In this document: positions 1-9,896 of the stretch, one piece after another
How positions within the stretch are numbered: the first letter of the stretch is position 1
Layout: every line of letters starts with the position of its first letter
NCBI GenBank assembly: GCA_963666565.1
Contig: OY762911.1
Coordinates: forward strand, 896,001-960,000
Length of the DNA: 64,000 bases
Reading direction: 5' to 3'
Origin: Thermoanaerobaculia bacterium
Lineage (GTDB): Bacteria; Acidobacteriota; Thermoanaerobaculia; Multivoradales; Multivoraceae
The notes under the pieces: model-generated
Seen by the model: only the letters and a program-made list of their open reading frames with translations
Database searches by the model: none
What the model was told of the DNA's origin: nothing
Made by a program: the position numbers and the translations under genes

Positions 1-675
1 CTCTGCACCGAAGAGGCGACCGCCGAGGTCGTCCGCTCCATCCGCGAGCACGGCCAGAGCGCCGGCCGCTACGACATCGTGCGGCTGGGCGTGAACGGCC
101 GCCTGGACAGCATGCAGGCCGCCGTGCTGCTGGCGAAGCTGGGGATCTTCGAGCAGGAACTGGCGGCCCGTCGCGCCGTCGCGGCGGGATACGACGAGCG
201 TCTGGCGGCGGCCGCGGCGTCGACGGCGGCGGCCTGGCGCGTCCGGACCCCGGCGCTCGGCGCCGGCGTCGAGTCGAGCTGGGCGCAGTACACGCTCCGC
301 GTCGACGGCTCCGATGGCCCGGACGGCTCCGACGGCTCCCACGGCCGCGACGACTCCGACGGCCGCGATGGCGCCGATGGGCGCGACGGCGCCGATGGGC
401 GCGACGGCGCCGATGGCCGCACGTGGTCGTCGTCGCGGGACGCCCTGAGGGCCCATCTGGATCGGGCCGGCATCCCGACCGCCGTCTACTACCCGCGCCC
501 GATGCACCTGCAGCCCGCGTACGAGCGCCACGGCCGCGGCGCCGGCTCGCTGCCGGTCAGCGAGCGCCTGGCGGACCGCGTCGTCAGCCTGCCGATGCAC
601 CCGTACCTCGACCAGATCGCCCTCGACCGCATCTGCGAGCGGATCGCGAGCTGGCATGGAACCGGCCGCTGGTAG
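1..675 (+). CDS. DegT/DnrJ/EryC1/StrS family aminotransferase, 5'-truncated by window edge
   Basis: Frame open from base 1; motifs G.NGRLDSMQAA.L..KL, WAQYT, GIPTAVYYP.PMHLQPAY, VVSLPMHPYL. Confidence 0.9.
   Translation, partial: LCTEEATAEVVRSIREHGQSAGRYDIVRLGVNGRLDSMQAAVLLAKLGIFEQELAARRAVAAGYDERLAAAAASTAAAWRVRTPALGAGVESSWAQYTLRVDGSDGPDGSDGSHGRDDSDGRDGADGRDGADGRDGADGRTWSSSRDALRAHLDRAGIPTAVYYPRPMHLQPAYERHGRGAGSLPVSERLADRVVSLPMHPYLDQIALDRICERIASWHGTGRW
304..420 (+). repeat. In-frame 9/18-bp tandem repeat encoding (DG[SPRA])n inside the aminotransferase
   Basis: gacggctcc/gatggccgc/gacggcgccgatgggcgc units; protein DGSDGPDGSDGSHGRDDSDGRDGADGRDGADGRDGADGR. Confidence 0.9.
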
Positions 676-716
676 CTTGCGCCGCGGAACGCAGCGAAGC
701 GGCGTCGGCTGACACG

Positions 717-2003
717 GTGAGCTCGCCCGGACTCGAGAACGGCCGCCTGTTGCCGGAGATACGGACGCCGCCGCCCGGTCCCCGCGCCCGGGCGATGGCC
801 GGCCGCCTCGAGAAGTCCGAGGCGCCGGGGATCAACACCCTGGTGAGCGGGGCCACGGCGATCCTGTGGGCCGAAGCCGTGGGCAGCAACGTCCTCGACG
901 TGGACGGCAACCGCTACGTCGACCTCACCGCCGGCTTCGGCGTGGCGGCCGTCGGCCATCGCCACCCGGCGGTCGTCTCGGCCGTCGAGCGGCAGGCCGG
1001 AAGGCTCGTCCACGGGCTGGGCGACGTCTACGCCCATCCGGTCCGCGTCGAGCTCGCCGAGCGCCTGTGCGCGCTCGCGCCGCTTCCGGACCCGAGGGTC
1101 TACTTCGCCGTGTCCGGCGCCGACGCCGTCGAGATAGCGCTCAAGACGGGCCGCCTGCACAGCGGCCGCCCGGGGGTGCTGGCGTTCGACCCCGCCTATC
1201 ACGGGACCACCCTCGGCGCCCTGGCCGCCGCCTCCAGGCCGGCCTTTCGCGAGCCCTTCGCCGAGCCCCTCGAAGGACTCGTTCATCGCCTGCCGTACGG
1301 CGCGCCGGCGGAACGGATCGAGGAAGCGCTCGACCGGCATCCCGCCATCGGGACCTGCCTGGTGGAACCGGTCGTCGGCCGCGAGGCGACCCGCTGGCCC
1401 CCGCCCGGCTGGCTCGCGGCCCTCGCCGAGCTCTGCCGCCGGCACGGCGTCGTCCTCGCCGTCGACGAGATTTTCACCGGCTTCGGCCGCTGCGGCGCCT
1501 GGTTCGTCTGCCGCGAAGCCGGCGTCGAGCCGGACCTCCTCTGCTGCGGCAAGGCCCTCGGCGGCGGCCTCCCCATCGCCGCCGTCCTCGGCAGGAAGGA
1601 CGTCATGGACGCCTGGCGAACCGACGGCGAAGCCCGCCACACCGCCACCTTCGTCGCCCACCCCCTCGCCTGCGCCGCCGCCCTGGCCACCCTTGAGACG
1701 ATCGAGACCGAAGGCCTCATCGACCGCGCCCGCATTCTGGGCGACCGCTTCGCCCGCGCCCTCGAACCCCTCCGGCGCCGCCCCGGCGTCGCCGACCTCC
1801 GCGGCCAGGGCCTCCTCCACGCCATCGAACTCGACTCCCCCGCCGCCGCCCGCGCCCTCAGCCGCAACCTCCTCCACCGAGGCCTCATCGGCCTCGCCGG
1901 CGGCGCCACCGGCGCCGTCCTCCAGATCGCACCGCCCCTCGCCATCACCGAACGGCAACTCGACCACGCCGCAGCTGTCCTGTGCGAAGTCGTTGGCAAG
2001 TAG
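717..2003 (+). CDS. Class III PLP-dependent aminotransferase (GabT/ArgD-like)
   Basis: DVDGNRYVDLTAGFGVAAVGHRHP, SGADAVE.ALK, DEIFTGFGR.G, GKALGGG.P; start at GTG 717 is an estimate. Confidence 0.88.
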   Translation: MSSPGLENGRLLPEIRTPPPGPRARAMAGRLEKSEAPGINTLVSGATAILWAEAVGSNVLDVDGNRYVDLTAGFGVAAVGHRHPAVVSAVERQAGRLVHGLGDVYAHPVRVELAERLCALAPLPDPRVYFAVSGADAVEIALKTGRLHSGRPGVLAFDPAYHGTTLGALAAASRPAFREPFAEPLEGLVHRLPYGAPAERIEEALDRHPAIGTCLVEPVVGREATRWPPPGWLAALAELCRRHGVVLAVDEIFTGFGRCGAWFVCREAGVEPDLLCCGKALGGGLPIAAVLGRKDVMDAWRTDGEARHTATFVAHPLACAAALATLETIETEGLIDRARILGDRFARALEPLRRRPGVADLRGQGLLHAIELDSPAAARALSRNLLHRGLIGLAGGATGAVLQIAPPLAITERQLDHAAAVLCEVVGK

Positions 2004-2097
2004 GCCGTCCAGATTGGGACTCTGGATCCCGTTAGTCCCTCATACGCCGCTTGCCTCCGAGGCCCAACTCAACGGCGCGCACCACCGAAATCGTCCA

Positions 2098-2270
2098 GCC
2101 CGCGGAGGTGCGGGGGAGGGGCCCCAGCGGGCTGGAGGCAAGCGTCTCCCCGGACCGTCGCGTTGACCGACAACGCAGCGCAGCGCAGCCGACCGAAGCG
2201 AGCGCTGGCTCCCCATTCCCCGATCAAGCGCGAGCGTCCGCTGGGGCCCCTCCCCCGCACCTCCGCGGGC
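2098..2270 (-). repeat. ~173-bp element, family B copy 1, with perfect 33-bp terminal inverted repeats
   Basis: 2098-2130 is the reverse complement of 2238-2270; inner blocks are shared with 9352-9527 and 25279-25449. Confidence 0.85.
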
Positions 2271-2279
2271 GGGTGCAAC

Positions 2280-2867
2280 TCAGAGATCGCGGCGCCCCGC
2301 CAGAGATCGGGCCAGAGTCACCTGGTCGGCGTAGTCGATGTCGCCGCCGACGGGGAGGCCGAAGGCGAGGCGGGTGACGCGGACGCCGCGGCGGGCGAGG
2401 AGGTTGGCGAGGTAAAGGGCGGTTGCTTCGCCTTCGACGTTGGGGTTCATCGCGAGGATGGCCTCTTCGACTCCTTCGAGGCGGTCGAGGAGGGAGGCTA
2501 CGGTCAGTTCGTCGGGGCCGACGCCTCGTTGGGGGGAGAGGGCGCCGAGGAGGGCGTGGTAGAGGCCGTGAAACTCGCCCGTGCGTTCGATCGGCTCGAT
2601 GTTGAAGGGTTCCTCGACGACGCAGAGCTTCGTCCGGTCGCGCTGCGGATCGCTGCAGATGGAGCACGGGTCCACCGCGGTGATCTGGTGACAGGTCGAG
2701 CAGTGGATCATCCGGTCCTTGACGTCGATGACCGCCTGGGCCAGGGCCTCGGCGCGGGCGCGGTCGGCGCGGAGGAGATGGTGAGCCAGCCGCCGCGCCG
2801 TCTTCGGGCCGATGCCCGGGAGCCGCGAGAGCTCCTCGACCAGGTTCGACAGCGGGTCGGCCGGCAT
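2280..2867 (-). CDS. recR: Recombination mediator RecR
   Basis: LPGIGPKTARRLA HhH, C..C..C..C zinc finger, TOPRIM NPNVEGEATALY, GLPVGGDIDYAD. Confidence 0.97.
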   Translation of the reverse strand: MPADPLSNLVEELSRLPGIGPKTARRLAHHLLRADRARAEALAQAVIDVKDRMIHCSTCHQITAVDPCSICSDPQRDRTKLCVVEEPFNIEPIERTGEFHGLYHALLGALSPQRGVGPDELTVASLLDRLEGVEEAILAMNPNVEGEATALYLANLLARRGVRVTRLAFGLPVGGDIDYADQVTLARSLAGRRDL

Positions 2868-3160
2868 CAGGCGAGGCCGGGAATGCCGCCGGCCAGGTTG
2901 CCGATCCGTTGCCCCACGTAGTCGTTCACCTTGCGGCCGGCCTCGTTCACCGCGGCCAGGACGAGATCCTGCACCATCGCCGGATCCTCAGGGTCGAGGA
3001 CCTCCGGGTCGATGTTCACGGCCAGCACTTCCTTCTCGCCGTTCATTCGCACTTCCACCATGCCCCCGCCGACGCTGGCGGTGAACTCGGCGGACGTCAG
3101 GTCGCGCCGCATCTGCTCCTGCATCTCCTGGGCCTGGCGCATCAGCTTCTGGATGTTCAT
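2867..3160 (-). CDS. ybaB: YbaB/EbfC nucleoid-associated protein
   Basis: MNIQKLMRQAQEMQ...SVGGGMVEVRMNG...DLVLAAVNEA; lies between dnaX and recR. Confidence 0.95.
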   Translation of the reverse strand: MNIQKLMRQAQEMQEQMRRDLTSAEFTASVGGGMVEVRMNGEKEVLAVNIDPEVLDPEDPAMVQDLVLAAVNEAGRKVNDYVGQRIGNLAGGIPGLA

Positions 3161-3191
3161 TCGTCGCGGTTCCTGTGCTCCACGGGAGCGG

Positions 3192-4706
3192 TCAAGGGTT
3201 CCTGGGTCGGACGTCGAGTACGCGGCCGCCGAAGACGTCGAGCACGGCGCGGACGCCGGGATCCGCCTCGGCGGCCCGCCGCGCCTCGGCGCCGGGGTCC
3301 GGCGCGCGGCGCGGGGGCTTGCGCCCGGGGGCCGGACGGTCCGGGTCGCGGCGGGGCGGCGCGTTGCTGGCAGGCGGCCCCGTGTTTGAGGCGGGCGGCC
3401 CCGCGTCGCGAGCGAGCGGCCGGTCGTCGCGGGCCGGCGCCTTCGCGTTGCGGGCCGGCGGCGAGCCGGCGCCCGTTCGTCGCGTCGCCGCCGTCGTCTT
3501 CCGGCCGGCGCCGGATGCGGGTTCGGGGCGCGCGGCCTCCGCGGTCCCGACCTTCCGGGCTTCGTCGGGGAGACCGGCCGCGAGCTGCTCGATCCGCACC
3601 AGTCGGGGCAGTTCCGCTGCGCGCAGCAAGGCCACCTCCAGCGCGAGACCGGGCGAATCGGCTCGCCGGACGACCGTTTCGCTGCTGAGGAGGAGATGCA
3701 GTAGCCGGAGCAGGTTCTCGTAACCCGCGTCGTCGGCGGTTGCCTTGAGCTCCGCGGCCGCTTCGGAGGGCAGGTCGATCTGCTCCGCGTCGAGACCCTG
3801 GGCGAGATGCAGGGCGCTGCGCAGGAACCCGAGGAAGTGGGTGAAGACCTGCCGTGGATCGGCGCCGCCGTCCTCGACCTCGCGGATCGTCGTCGACAGG
3901 CGGGCGCCGTCGCCGGCCAGGATCGCATCGAGCAGGGCGGAGAGCAGCCGCGTGTCCATGCCGCCGAGCAGGCGGCCGACGTCTTCGTCGACGAGTCTGC
4001 CGTTGCCGAAGGTGGCGATCTGGTCGAGCAGGGCGACGGCGTCCCGAACGCTGCCCTCGGAGGCGCGGGCGATCAGGCGCAGGGCGGGTCCGCCGGCCTC
4101 GAACTCCTCGGCCTCGCAGATGCGGCGCAGGTGGGCGATCATCGGTTCGGGCGGCACGCGCCGGAAGTGGAACTCCTGGCAGCGGGAAAGGATGGTCGCC
4201 GGCACCTTCTCGATCTCGGTCGTGGCGAAGATGAAGGTCAGGTGCGGCGGGGGTTCCTCGACGATCTTGAGCAGCGCGTCGAAGGCGGACGCCGACAGCC
4301 GGTGCACCTCGTCCAGCACGACGACCTTGTAGCGGTCGCGGGCGGGTCCGTATCTCAGGCTCTCCGTCAGTTCGCGGACTTGCTCCACCTTCGAGTAGGT
4401 CGCCGCGTCGATCTCCATCACGTCGAGATCGGCGGCCTCCCGGATCTCCTTGCAGGTCTGGCAGGCGTCGCACGGTTCGGGCGCCGGACCCTCGGCGTCG
4501 CCGCCGGCGCCGAGGCAGTTCAGCGCCTTGGCGAGCACCCGCGCCGCCGTCGTCTTGCCGACGCCGCGGATGCCGGAGAACAGGTAGGCCTGCGCGATCC
4601 GGCCGTCCGTGAGCGCGTTCCGCAGCGCCGTGACGATCGCCTCCTGGCCGACGAGGTCGGCGAACGTCTGGGGCCGCCACTTGCGGGCCAGCGGCTGGTA
4701 GGTCAT
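3192..4706 (-). CDS. dnaX: DNA polymerase III subunit gamma/tau
   Basis: YQPLARKWRPQTF, GIRGVGKTT Walker A, DEVH, TILSRCQ, GSVRDA. Confidence 0.97.
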   Translation of the reverse strand: MTYQPLARKWRPQTFADLVGQEAIVTALRNALTDGRIAQAYLFSGIRGVGKTTAARVLAKALNCLGAGGDAEGPAPEPCDACQTCKEIREAADLDVMEIDAATYSKVEQVRELTESLRYGPARDRYKVVVLDEVHRLSASAFDALLKIVEEPPPHLTFIFATTEIEKVPATILSRCQEFHFRRVPPEPMIAHLRRICEAEEFEAGGPALRLIARASEGSVRDAVALLDQIATFGNGRLVDEDVGRLLGGMDTRLLSALLDAILAGDGARLSTTIREVEDGGADPRQVFTHFLGFLRSALHLAQGLDAEQIDLPSEAAAELKATADDAGYENLLRLLHLLLSSETVVRRADSPGLALEVALLRAAELPRLVRIEQLAAGLPDEARKVGTAEAARPEPASGAGRKTTAATRRTGAGSPPARNAKAPARDDRPLARDAGPPASNTGPPASNAPPRRDPDRPAPGRKPPRRAPDPGAEARRAAEADPGVRAVLDVFGGRVLDVRPRNP

Positions 4707-4796
4707 GGCGTCGGTGCGCCTTGCCGAACGGGCGCCCGGTCGTTCCCGGCGCCGCGCGGGATGGTGCCGCCGGCTGCCAGCGGGGCGCGTGGGGAA

Positions 4797-4920
4797 GAAG
4801 TCACTGAAGGGTTCCGGCTGAACTGCGCCCTCGAAACGAACACCCTATCGCTGCTCCCTTCCGGGCCTGACGAGGTTCGGGGCCGTTCGATACGCAGGGC
4901 CCGAACCCTTCGGTGACTCC
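4797..4920 (-). ncRNA. ffs: Signal recognition particle RNA (small bacterial type)
   Basis: Minus strand carries the helix-8 motif GTCAGGCCCGGAAGGGAGCAGC; ends pair (ggagtcaccgaagggttc / gaacccttcagtgacttc); directly upstream of dnaX. Confidence 0.93.
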
Positions 4921-5003
4921 TCGATCCCGAGCCTGTGCGCCGGCGCGGGAACGGCCACGGATGGTAGCAGCCCATCCGGGCGTTGACTGCTAGCGTAGAC
5001 GGG

Positions 5004-5468
5004 TTGGACGATCGTACGGCCATGGGGCTGGCTCTCGAAGAGGCCCGTCTGGCGGCGGCGGCCGGCGAGGTTCCGGTGGGCGCCGTTGTGGTGCGCGAGG
5101 GCCGGGTGGTCGGCCGCGGCCACAACCGCAGGGAGTCCTGGGGAGACCCTCTGGCTCACGCCGAGACGATCGCGCTGGCGGAAGCCGCTGCCGGCCAGGA
5201 GGGGTGGCGGCTGTACGGCTGCACGGTGTACGTGACGCTGGAACCGTGCGCCATGTGCGCGGGGGCGATGGTGAACGCCCGCGTGGACCGCCTGGTGTTC
5301 GCGGCGCACGATCCGAAGGGGGGCTTCTGCGGCTCGCTCGGGAACCTCGTTCGCGAACCGAGACTGAATCACCAAATCACGGTATGCTCCGGCGTCCTGG
5401 CGGAGGAGAGCTCAGCCATGTTGCGCGCGTTCTTCCGGCGTCTACGGTCGAGCGGGCTTTCGGATTGA
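5004..5468 (+). CDS. tadA: tRNA adenosine(34) deaminase
   Basis: GEVPVGAV, AHAE, YVTLEPCAMCAGA; start uncertain (TTG 4983, TTG 5004 or ATG 5022). Confidence 0.95.
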   Translation: MDDRTAMGLALEEARLAAAAGEVPVGAVVVREGRVVGRGHNRRESWGDPLAHAETIALAEAAAGQEGWRLYGCTVYVTLEPCAMCAGAMVNARVDRLVFAAHDPKGGFCGSLGNLVREPRLNHQITVCSGVLAEESSAMLRAFFRRLRSSGLSD

Positions 5469-5558
<90 letters not shown>

Positions 5559-5605
5559 TGACCAGGGCGGCGGAGGACGACATGCGCCGGGCGGGTCAGA
5601 AACGG

Positions 5606-5695
5606 GGAGAGGTGCCAGAGTGGTCGAATGGGGCGGTCTCGAAAACCGTTGACCGTTTACGCGGTCCGTGGGTTCGAATCCCACCCTCTCCGCCA
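5606..5695 (+). tRNA. tRNA-Ser(CGA)
   Basis: Anticodon arm gcggt-ctCGAaa-accgt, long variable arm, T-loop GTTCGAATC, CCA end. Confidence 0.96.
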
Positions 5696-5727
5696 CAGCC
5701 GCCACATGCCGCAGGGAAGGAAGGAAC

Positions 5728-5862
5728 GTGAAGAGGACATACCAGCCGAACAATCGCCGCCGCAAGAAGAAGCACGGCTTCCGTCTACGGATGAGGACCA
5801 GGCACGGTCGCGCGATCCTGTCGCGCCGCCGCCGCAAGGGCCGCAAGCGGCTGACGGTCTGA
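5728..5862 (+). CDS. rpmH: 50S ribosomal protein L34
   Basis: [44 protein letters not shown]. Confidence 0.98.
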   Translation: MKRTYQPNNRRRKKKHGFRLRMRTRHGRAILSRRRRKGRKRLTV

Positions 5863-5864
5863 CG

Positions 5865-6284
5865 TTGAACCGATCGGGGAGCCCCGGTCGCGTTCCCGGC
5901 GCCGAGCGAGGGACCGGGCGGATGCGGTCGAGTCGCGACTACCGGCGGGCGTACCGCCGGGGCCGGCGCCTGCACGGCGAAGTCGCCGTGCTCCACGTGC
6001 GCCGCAACGGCCTCGACGGCCCGCGGCTCGGCCTGACCGCCGGTCGCCGGGTCGGCGGCGCGGTCGAGCGCAACCGGCTCCGCCGCCGCGTGCGCGAGCA
6101 CTACCGGCAGGCGGTGGCGCGGGACGGCCTGCCGGCGGTGGACGTGGTCGTCCACCTGAAGCCCGGGGCCGCCGGCGTCGAGCGCCGGGCGTTCTATCGC
6201 GAACTGGACCGCCTGTTCGGGGCCGTGGCGGAACTCGGCGCCCGCGGCGGCAGGTCCCGCCGCCGGCGGAGGTCGCGGCGGTGA
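5865..6284 (+). CDS. rnpA: Ribonuclease P protein component
   Basis: PRLGLTAGRRVGGAVERNRLRRRVRE (RNR motif); follows rpmH; start may be ATG 5922. Confidence 0.93.
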   Translation: MNRSGSPGRVPGAERGTGRMRSSRDYRRAYRRGRRLHGEVAVLHVRRNGLDGPRLGLTAGRRVGGAVERNRLRRRVREHYRQAVARDGLPAVDVVVHLKPGAAGVERRAFYRELDRLFGAVAELGARGGRSRRRRRSRR

Positions 6285-6544
6285 ATCCGCTCGTCCGGCT
6301 CGCCGTCGCGCTTCTCCGCGCGTACAAGCGCTGGCTGTCGCCATTGCTCCCCCGGGCCTGCCGATTCAGTCCCACTTGCTCGGAGTACGCCCAGCTCGCG
6401 CTCAGGAGCCACGGCCCGATTGCCGGAAGCTGGCTGACCCTGGGCCGGCTCCTGCGTTGCCAGCCTCTGGGGCGCGGCGGGATCGACCTGCCGCCTGCCG
6501 CTCGGCGCCTTGGAACTCCGGGCGGCCAGGGGACGTTGGGCTAA
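6281..6544 (+). CDS. yidD: Membrane protein insertion efficiency factor
   Basis: YKRWLSPLLPRACRFSPTCSEYA...RLLRCQPLG.GG.D. Confidence 0.95.
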   Translation: MNPLVRLAVALLRAYKRWLSPLLPRACRFSPTCSEYAQLALRSHGPIAGSWLTLGRLLRCQPLGRGGIDLPPAARRLGTPGGQGTLG

Positions 6545-6548
6545 CGCG

Positions 6549-8309
6549 ATGGACAACCGCAGACTCCTTCTGGCGGCGCTGCTGTCGCTGGGCGTCCTCC
6601 TGCTCTGGTCGACGTTCGTCGCTCCGCCTCCGCCGCCGGTGGAACGGACGCCGACCGGGGCCGCCGACGGAGGAGCGGGGCCGCAACGGGACGCCGCGGT
6701 CCCGGCGCCGGCGCCCGTCTCGGCGGCCCAGGCAGACGCCGTGCCGTCGCCGGTGGCGGTCTTCGAGCGGGTGGAGGCTCCGTCCGAGCAGCGCGTGGTG
6801 ATCGAGTCCGGCAACGCCAGGCTGGAGTTCACGAACCGGGGCGCCCAGTTGGTCTCGTTCGAACTGCAGCGGCCGGACGGCGGCGAGCCCGTCGAGCTGG
6901 TGCGGCGGCGCGAGCCCGGCCAGCCGTATCCCTTCGGACTGTCCGGCCCGCAGCGCGATTCGCCGCTCAACGACGCCCTCTTCGTGGTCGAACGGACCAG
7001 GCAGAACGGGAACGAGCGGGTCGCTTTCCGCTACAGCGGCGACCGCGGCACGGCGACGAAGACGTTTGGCATCCCGGCCGACAACGCGCAAAACGGCGGC
7101 CTGACCTTCCAGTACCAAGTCGAATCGCCCGGAGACGCCTGGGGCCTCGTGCTCGGTCCCGGCATCCGCAACCCGACCGTGGACGAACTGGAGAGCCGGC
7201 TGTCGAGCCAGCAACGGCGCGCGGCGACCTGGTTCGCCGGCGGCGAGATGGAATCCCTCGAGCCGCGCCGCGCGGCCGATCCGCAACGGCTGGGCGAAGG
7301 CGCGCGCTGGGTGGCGCTCGAAGACCGCTACTTCATCACCGCGCTCATTCCGGCCGGGGCGCGGGGCGGGGTGCAGGCGCTGCCGGTCGCGAACCTGGAC
7401 GAGGCCGACGGCAGCCTGCGCGGCTTCTCGCTGGTCGAGGCCGGCGACGTCACGACGGAGGACCTGACGCGCGACCTGATGCTGGTGGCGGAGGCGTCGG
7501 GCGGCCAGCTCGCCGGACGCGCCTACTTCGGCGACAAGCAGTACGACGCGCTGGCGGCCATGCGCGTGCGTCTCGAGAAAACGGTCCGCTACGGCTTCTT
7601 CGGTGTCATCTCGCGGCCGCTCCAGTTCGGTTTACGCTGGATTTACGAGAACGTCGTGGCGAACTACGGCTGGAGCATCGTCCTGATGACGGTGGTGATC
7701 CGGCTCGTTCTGTTCCCGCTGACCCACAAGAGCCAGGTCTCGATGCAGCGGATTCAGAAGCTGAATCCCCGCATGGAGGCGATCCGCGCCAAGTACCGGC
7801 CCAAGCTGAAGGACGGCAAGGGCCGGCCCCGCATGGACCAGCAGCGCAAGATGAACGAAGAGATCCAGGCGATGTTCCGGGAGGAGGGCGTGAACCCGGC
7901 CAGCGGCTGTCTGCCGATCCTGTTCCAGATGCCCGTCTTCTTCGGCTTCTTCCGTCTCCTGAGCGAGGCGGTGGAGCTCTGGGACGCGCAGTGGCTGGGG
8001 TGGATCGGCAACCTGGCGTTGCCGGATCCGATCTACGTGCTGCCCCTGGTGATGGGCGCGTCCCAGTTCCTCCAGCAGCGGATGTTGCCGCCGCCGGCGA
8101 ACCGGACCCAGAAGCTGATCATCAACACGATGCCGATCTGGTTCACGATCTTCTCGTTCAGCTTCCCCAGCGGCCTGGTCCTCTACTGGCTGACGAACAA
8201 CCTGCTGGGCATCGTCCAGACCGGGGTCTACAACAAGCTGAAGAAGAGGGGCTACCTGGGCGGCGAGGCGCCGGCGCAGACGACCGAGACGAAGAAGACG
8301 AAGAAGTAG
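6549..8309 (+). CDS. yidC: Membrane protein insertase YidC
   Basis: N-terminal TM, periplasmic domain, NYGWSIV, GCLPILFQMPVF, PSGLVLYWLTNN. Confidence 0.97.
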   Translation: MDNRRLLLAALLSLGVLLLWSTFVAPPPPPVERTPTGAADGGAGPQRDAAVPAPAPVSAAQADAVPSPVAVFERVEAPSEQRVVIESGNARLEFTNRGAQLVSFELQRPDGGEPVELVRRREPGQPYPFGLSGPQRDSPLNDALFVVERTRQNGNERVAFRYSGDRGTATKTFGIPADNAQNGGLTFQYQVESPGDAWGLVLGPGIRNPTVDELESRLSSQQRRAATWFAGGEMESLEPRRAADPQRLGEGARWVALEDRYFITALIPAGARGGVQALPVANLDEADGSLRGFSLVEAGDVTTEDLTRDLMLVAEASGGQLAGRAYFGDKQYDALAAMRVRLEKTVRYGFFGVISRPLQFGLRWIYENVVANYGWSIVLMTVVIRLVLFPLTHKSQVSMQRIQKLNPRMEAIRAKYRPKLKDGKGRPRMDQQRKMNEEIQAMFREEGVNPASGCLPILFQMPVFFGFFRLLSEAVELWDAQWLGWIGNLALPDPIYVLPLVMGASQFLQQRMLPPPANRTQKLIINTMPIWFTIFSFSFPSGLVLYWLTNNLLGIVQTGVYNKLKKRGYLGGEAPAQTTETKKTKK

Positions 8310-8319
8310 GACAGGAGCG

Positions 8320-9315
8320 ATGAGTGCGATGAACAGCATGTTCTTCTCGGGCGAGACGGAGGCCCGCGCCGTCCTGGCGGCCGCGAACCACTTCGGTGTG
8401 CCGCCGGAACAGGTCGAATTCGACCGGGTGGAGAAGCGGCACGGCTTCGTGAAGCACCGGCGGGTCGTGATTCGCGTCGATCCGGAGAGGGTCGGCGGCG
8501 GCGGCGAGAGTGCCGCTGCCGAGAGCGGCGGTCCGCTTGACGGTGCGGCAGGTGGCGCGAACGAGGCGGAAACGTCCTCTGCTCCTGCCGAGGGCGATGG
8601 CGCGGCCGAGGACGCGGTCGAGGCGGAGGCGCCGGCTGCCGCGTCGCCGGCGCGGGTCGAGCCCGAGCCGATCGAGGCGGAGGTTCCGGTTGGCGCGCCG
8701 CCGGCGCGGGTCGAGCCCGAGCCGATCGAGGCGGAGGCGCCCGCTGGCGGACCGCCGGCGCCGGTCGAGAGTGAGTCGGTCGAGGCGGAAGCTGCGGCTG
8801 CCGCTCCGCCGGCGGCGACGGAGAGTCCGGCGGTCGAGGCCGAGGATGCGAGACCCGAACGGGACTCCGAGGAGATCCTGGCGGTCGCGCGAGCCGCTCT
8901 GGATCAACTGCTGGAGCTCGCCGATCTCGAGGTGTCGGCCGAGATCGTGCTGGCTGGCGAGAGGCTGGAGGTGGAGATCGAAGGCGTGGACCAGGAGCTG
9001 CTCGTCGAGGACGAGGGCCAGGTGCTGCTGGCGCTCCAGCACCTGCTTCCCCGCGTGATGTACGGCCGGCTCGGACGGATCGTCCCTTGCCGGCTCGACA
9101 GCGGCGGCTACCAGCGCAAGAAGGAGGAACGCCTGAGAGGCCTCGCCCTCCGCGTGGCCGAAGAGGTCGTCCGCCGCGGCGGTACGCGCACCCTGCGCCC
9201 CATGAACCCGGCCGACCGCCGCATCGTCCACCTGGCCCTCGCCGACGACCCGGACGTCGAAACGGAGAGCCAGGGCAACGGCTACTTCAAGCGCGTCAGC
9301 ATCCGTTTGCAGTAG
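8320..9315 (+). CDS. jag: Jag/EloR (KhpB) RNA-binding protein with KH and R3H domains
   Basis: Jag_N-like start, G..L.ALQHL, PMNPADRRIVHLAL, ESQGNG; position after yidC. Confidence 0.9.
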   Translation: MSAMNSMFFSGETEARAVLAAANHFGVPPEQVEFDRVEKRHGFVKHRRVVIRVDPERVGGGGESAAAESGGPLDGAAGGANEAETSSAPAEGDGAAEDAVEAEAPAAASPARVEPEPIEAEVPVGAPPARVEPEPIEAEAPAGGPPAPVESESVEAEAAAAAPPAATESPAVEAEDARPERDSEEILAVARAALDQLLELADLEVSAEIVLAGERLEVEIEGVDQELLVEDEGQVLLALQHLLPRVMYGRLGRIVPCRLDSGGYQRKKEERLRGLALRVAEEVVRRGGTRTLRPMNPADRRIVHLALADDPDVETESQGNGYFKRVSIRLQ

Positions 9316-9351
9316 CGGCGGCGGTGGCGGCGCGACGGCGGCGTGGAACCC

Positions 9352-9527
9352 GTCCGGGGCCGGACCGAGGGGAGGGTCCCAGGGGCACGCTCGCGCTCTC
9401 CTGGTGGAGGGGGAGCAGGCGCTCGCTGTTGTCGGCTGCGCTTCACGGCGGCGTCGGTCGACGTGGCGGCGCGGGGAGTCGCTTGCCTCCGACGCCCTGG
9501 GACCCTCCCCTCGGTCCGGCCCCGGAC
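9352..9527 (+). repeat. Family B element copy 2, perfect 33-bp terminal inverted repeats
   Basis: 9352-9384 is the reverse complement of 9495-9527. Confidence 0.85.
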
Positions 9528-9648
9528 TGGCCGGCGTCGTTGGGCTTGTCGGCGGCGGAGGGGCAGGACATGTGGTGGGAGCGGAGGGCGGCATTGGCTG
9601 CGGGTACGGTGGTGAGCCGGAGTTCGACTTACGCCTGGGCGGATCACA

Positions 9649-9717
9649 CTGGGTGCGGGGATCTTCTGACCCGCTGCCGCCGGAGGTGGCCGAGAACGCG
9701 CCGGCCGTGAGGCCGGC
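9649..9717 (+). repeat. REP-like family A copy
   Basis: ctGGGTGCGgggatcttctgacccgctgccgccggaggtggc...gccggccgtgaggccggc. Confidence 0.8.
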
Positions 9718-9896
9718 GACCGCATTGTCATGGACGGTGCGACTTCCACAGAGAGTCAGTCCAGGTTGAAGGCGGCGCGTCAGGTTCGCGGACGATAGCC
9801 TCGCCGGACTGGTGCGGCGGGAACGGTCAGACGTTGTGCGGGGTGTCTGCGCAAGAACGGTCGTCGGCGATGGAACCCGAGCAGGGAGGTTCCGGC

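Noticed and set aside
304-420. Periodic repeat as a CRISPR array
   Set aside because: Short in-frame codon repeats with no unique spacers and no cas genes
3192-4706. Programmed -1 frameshift in dnaX
   Set aside because: No A AAA AAG or poly-A slippery run is visible
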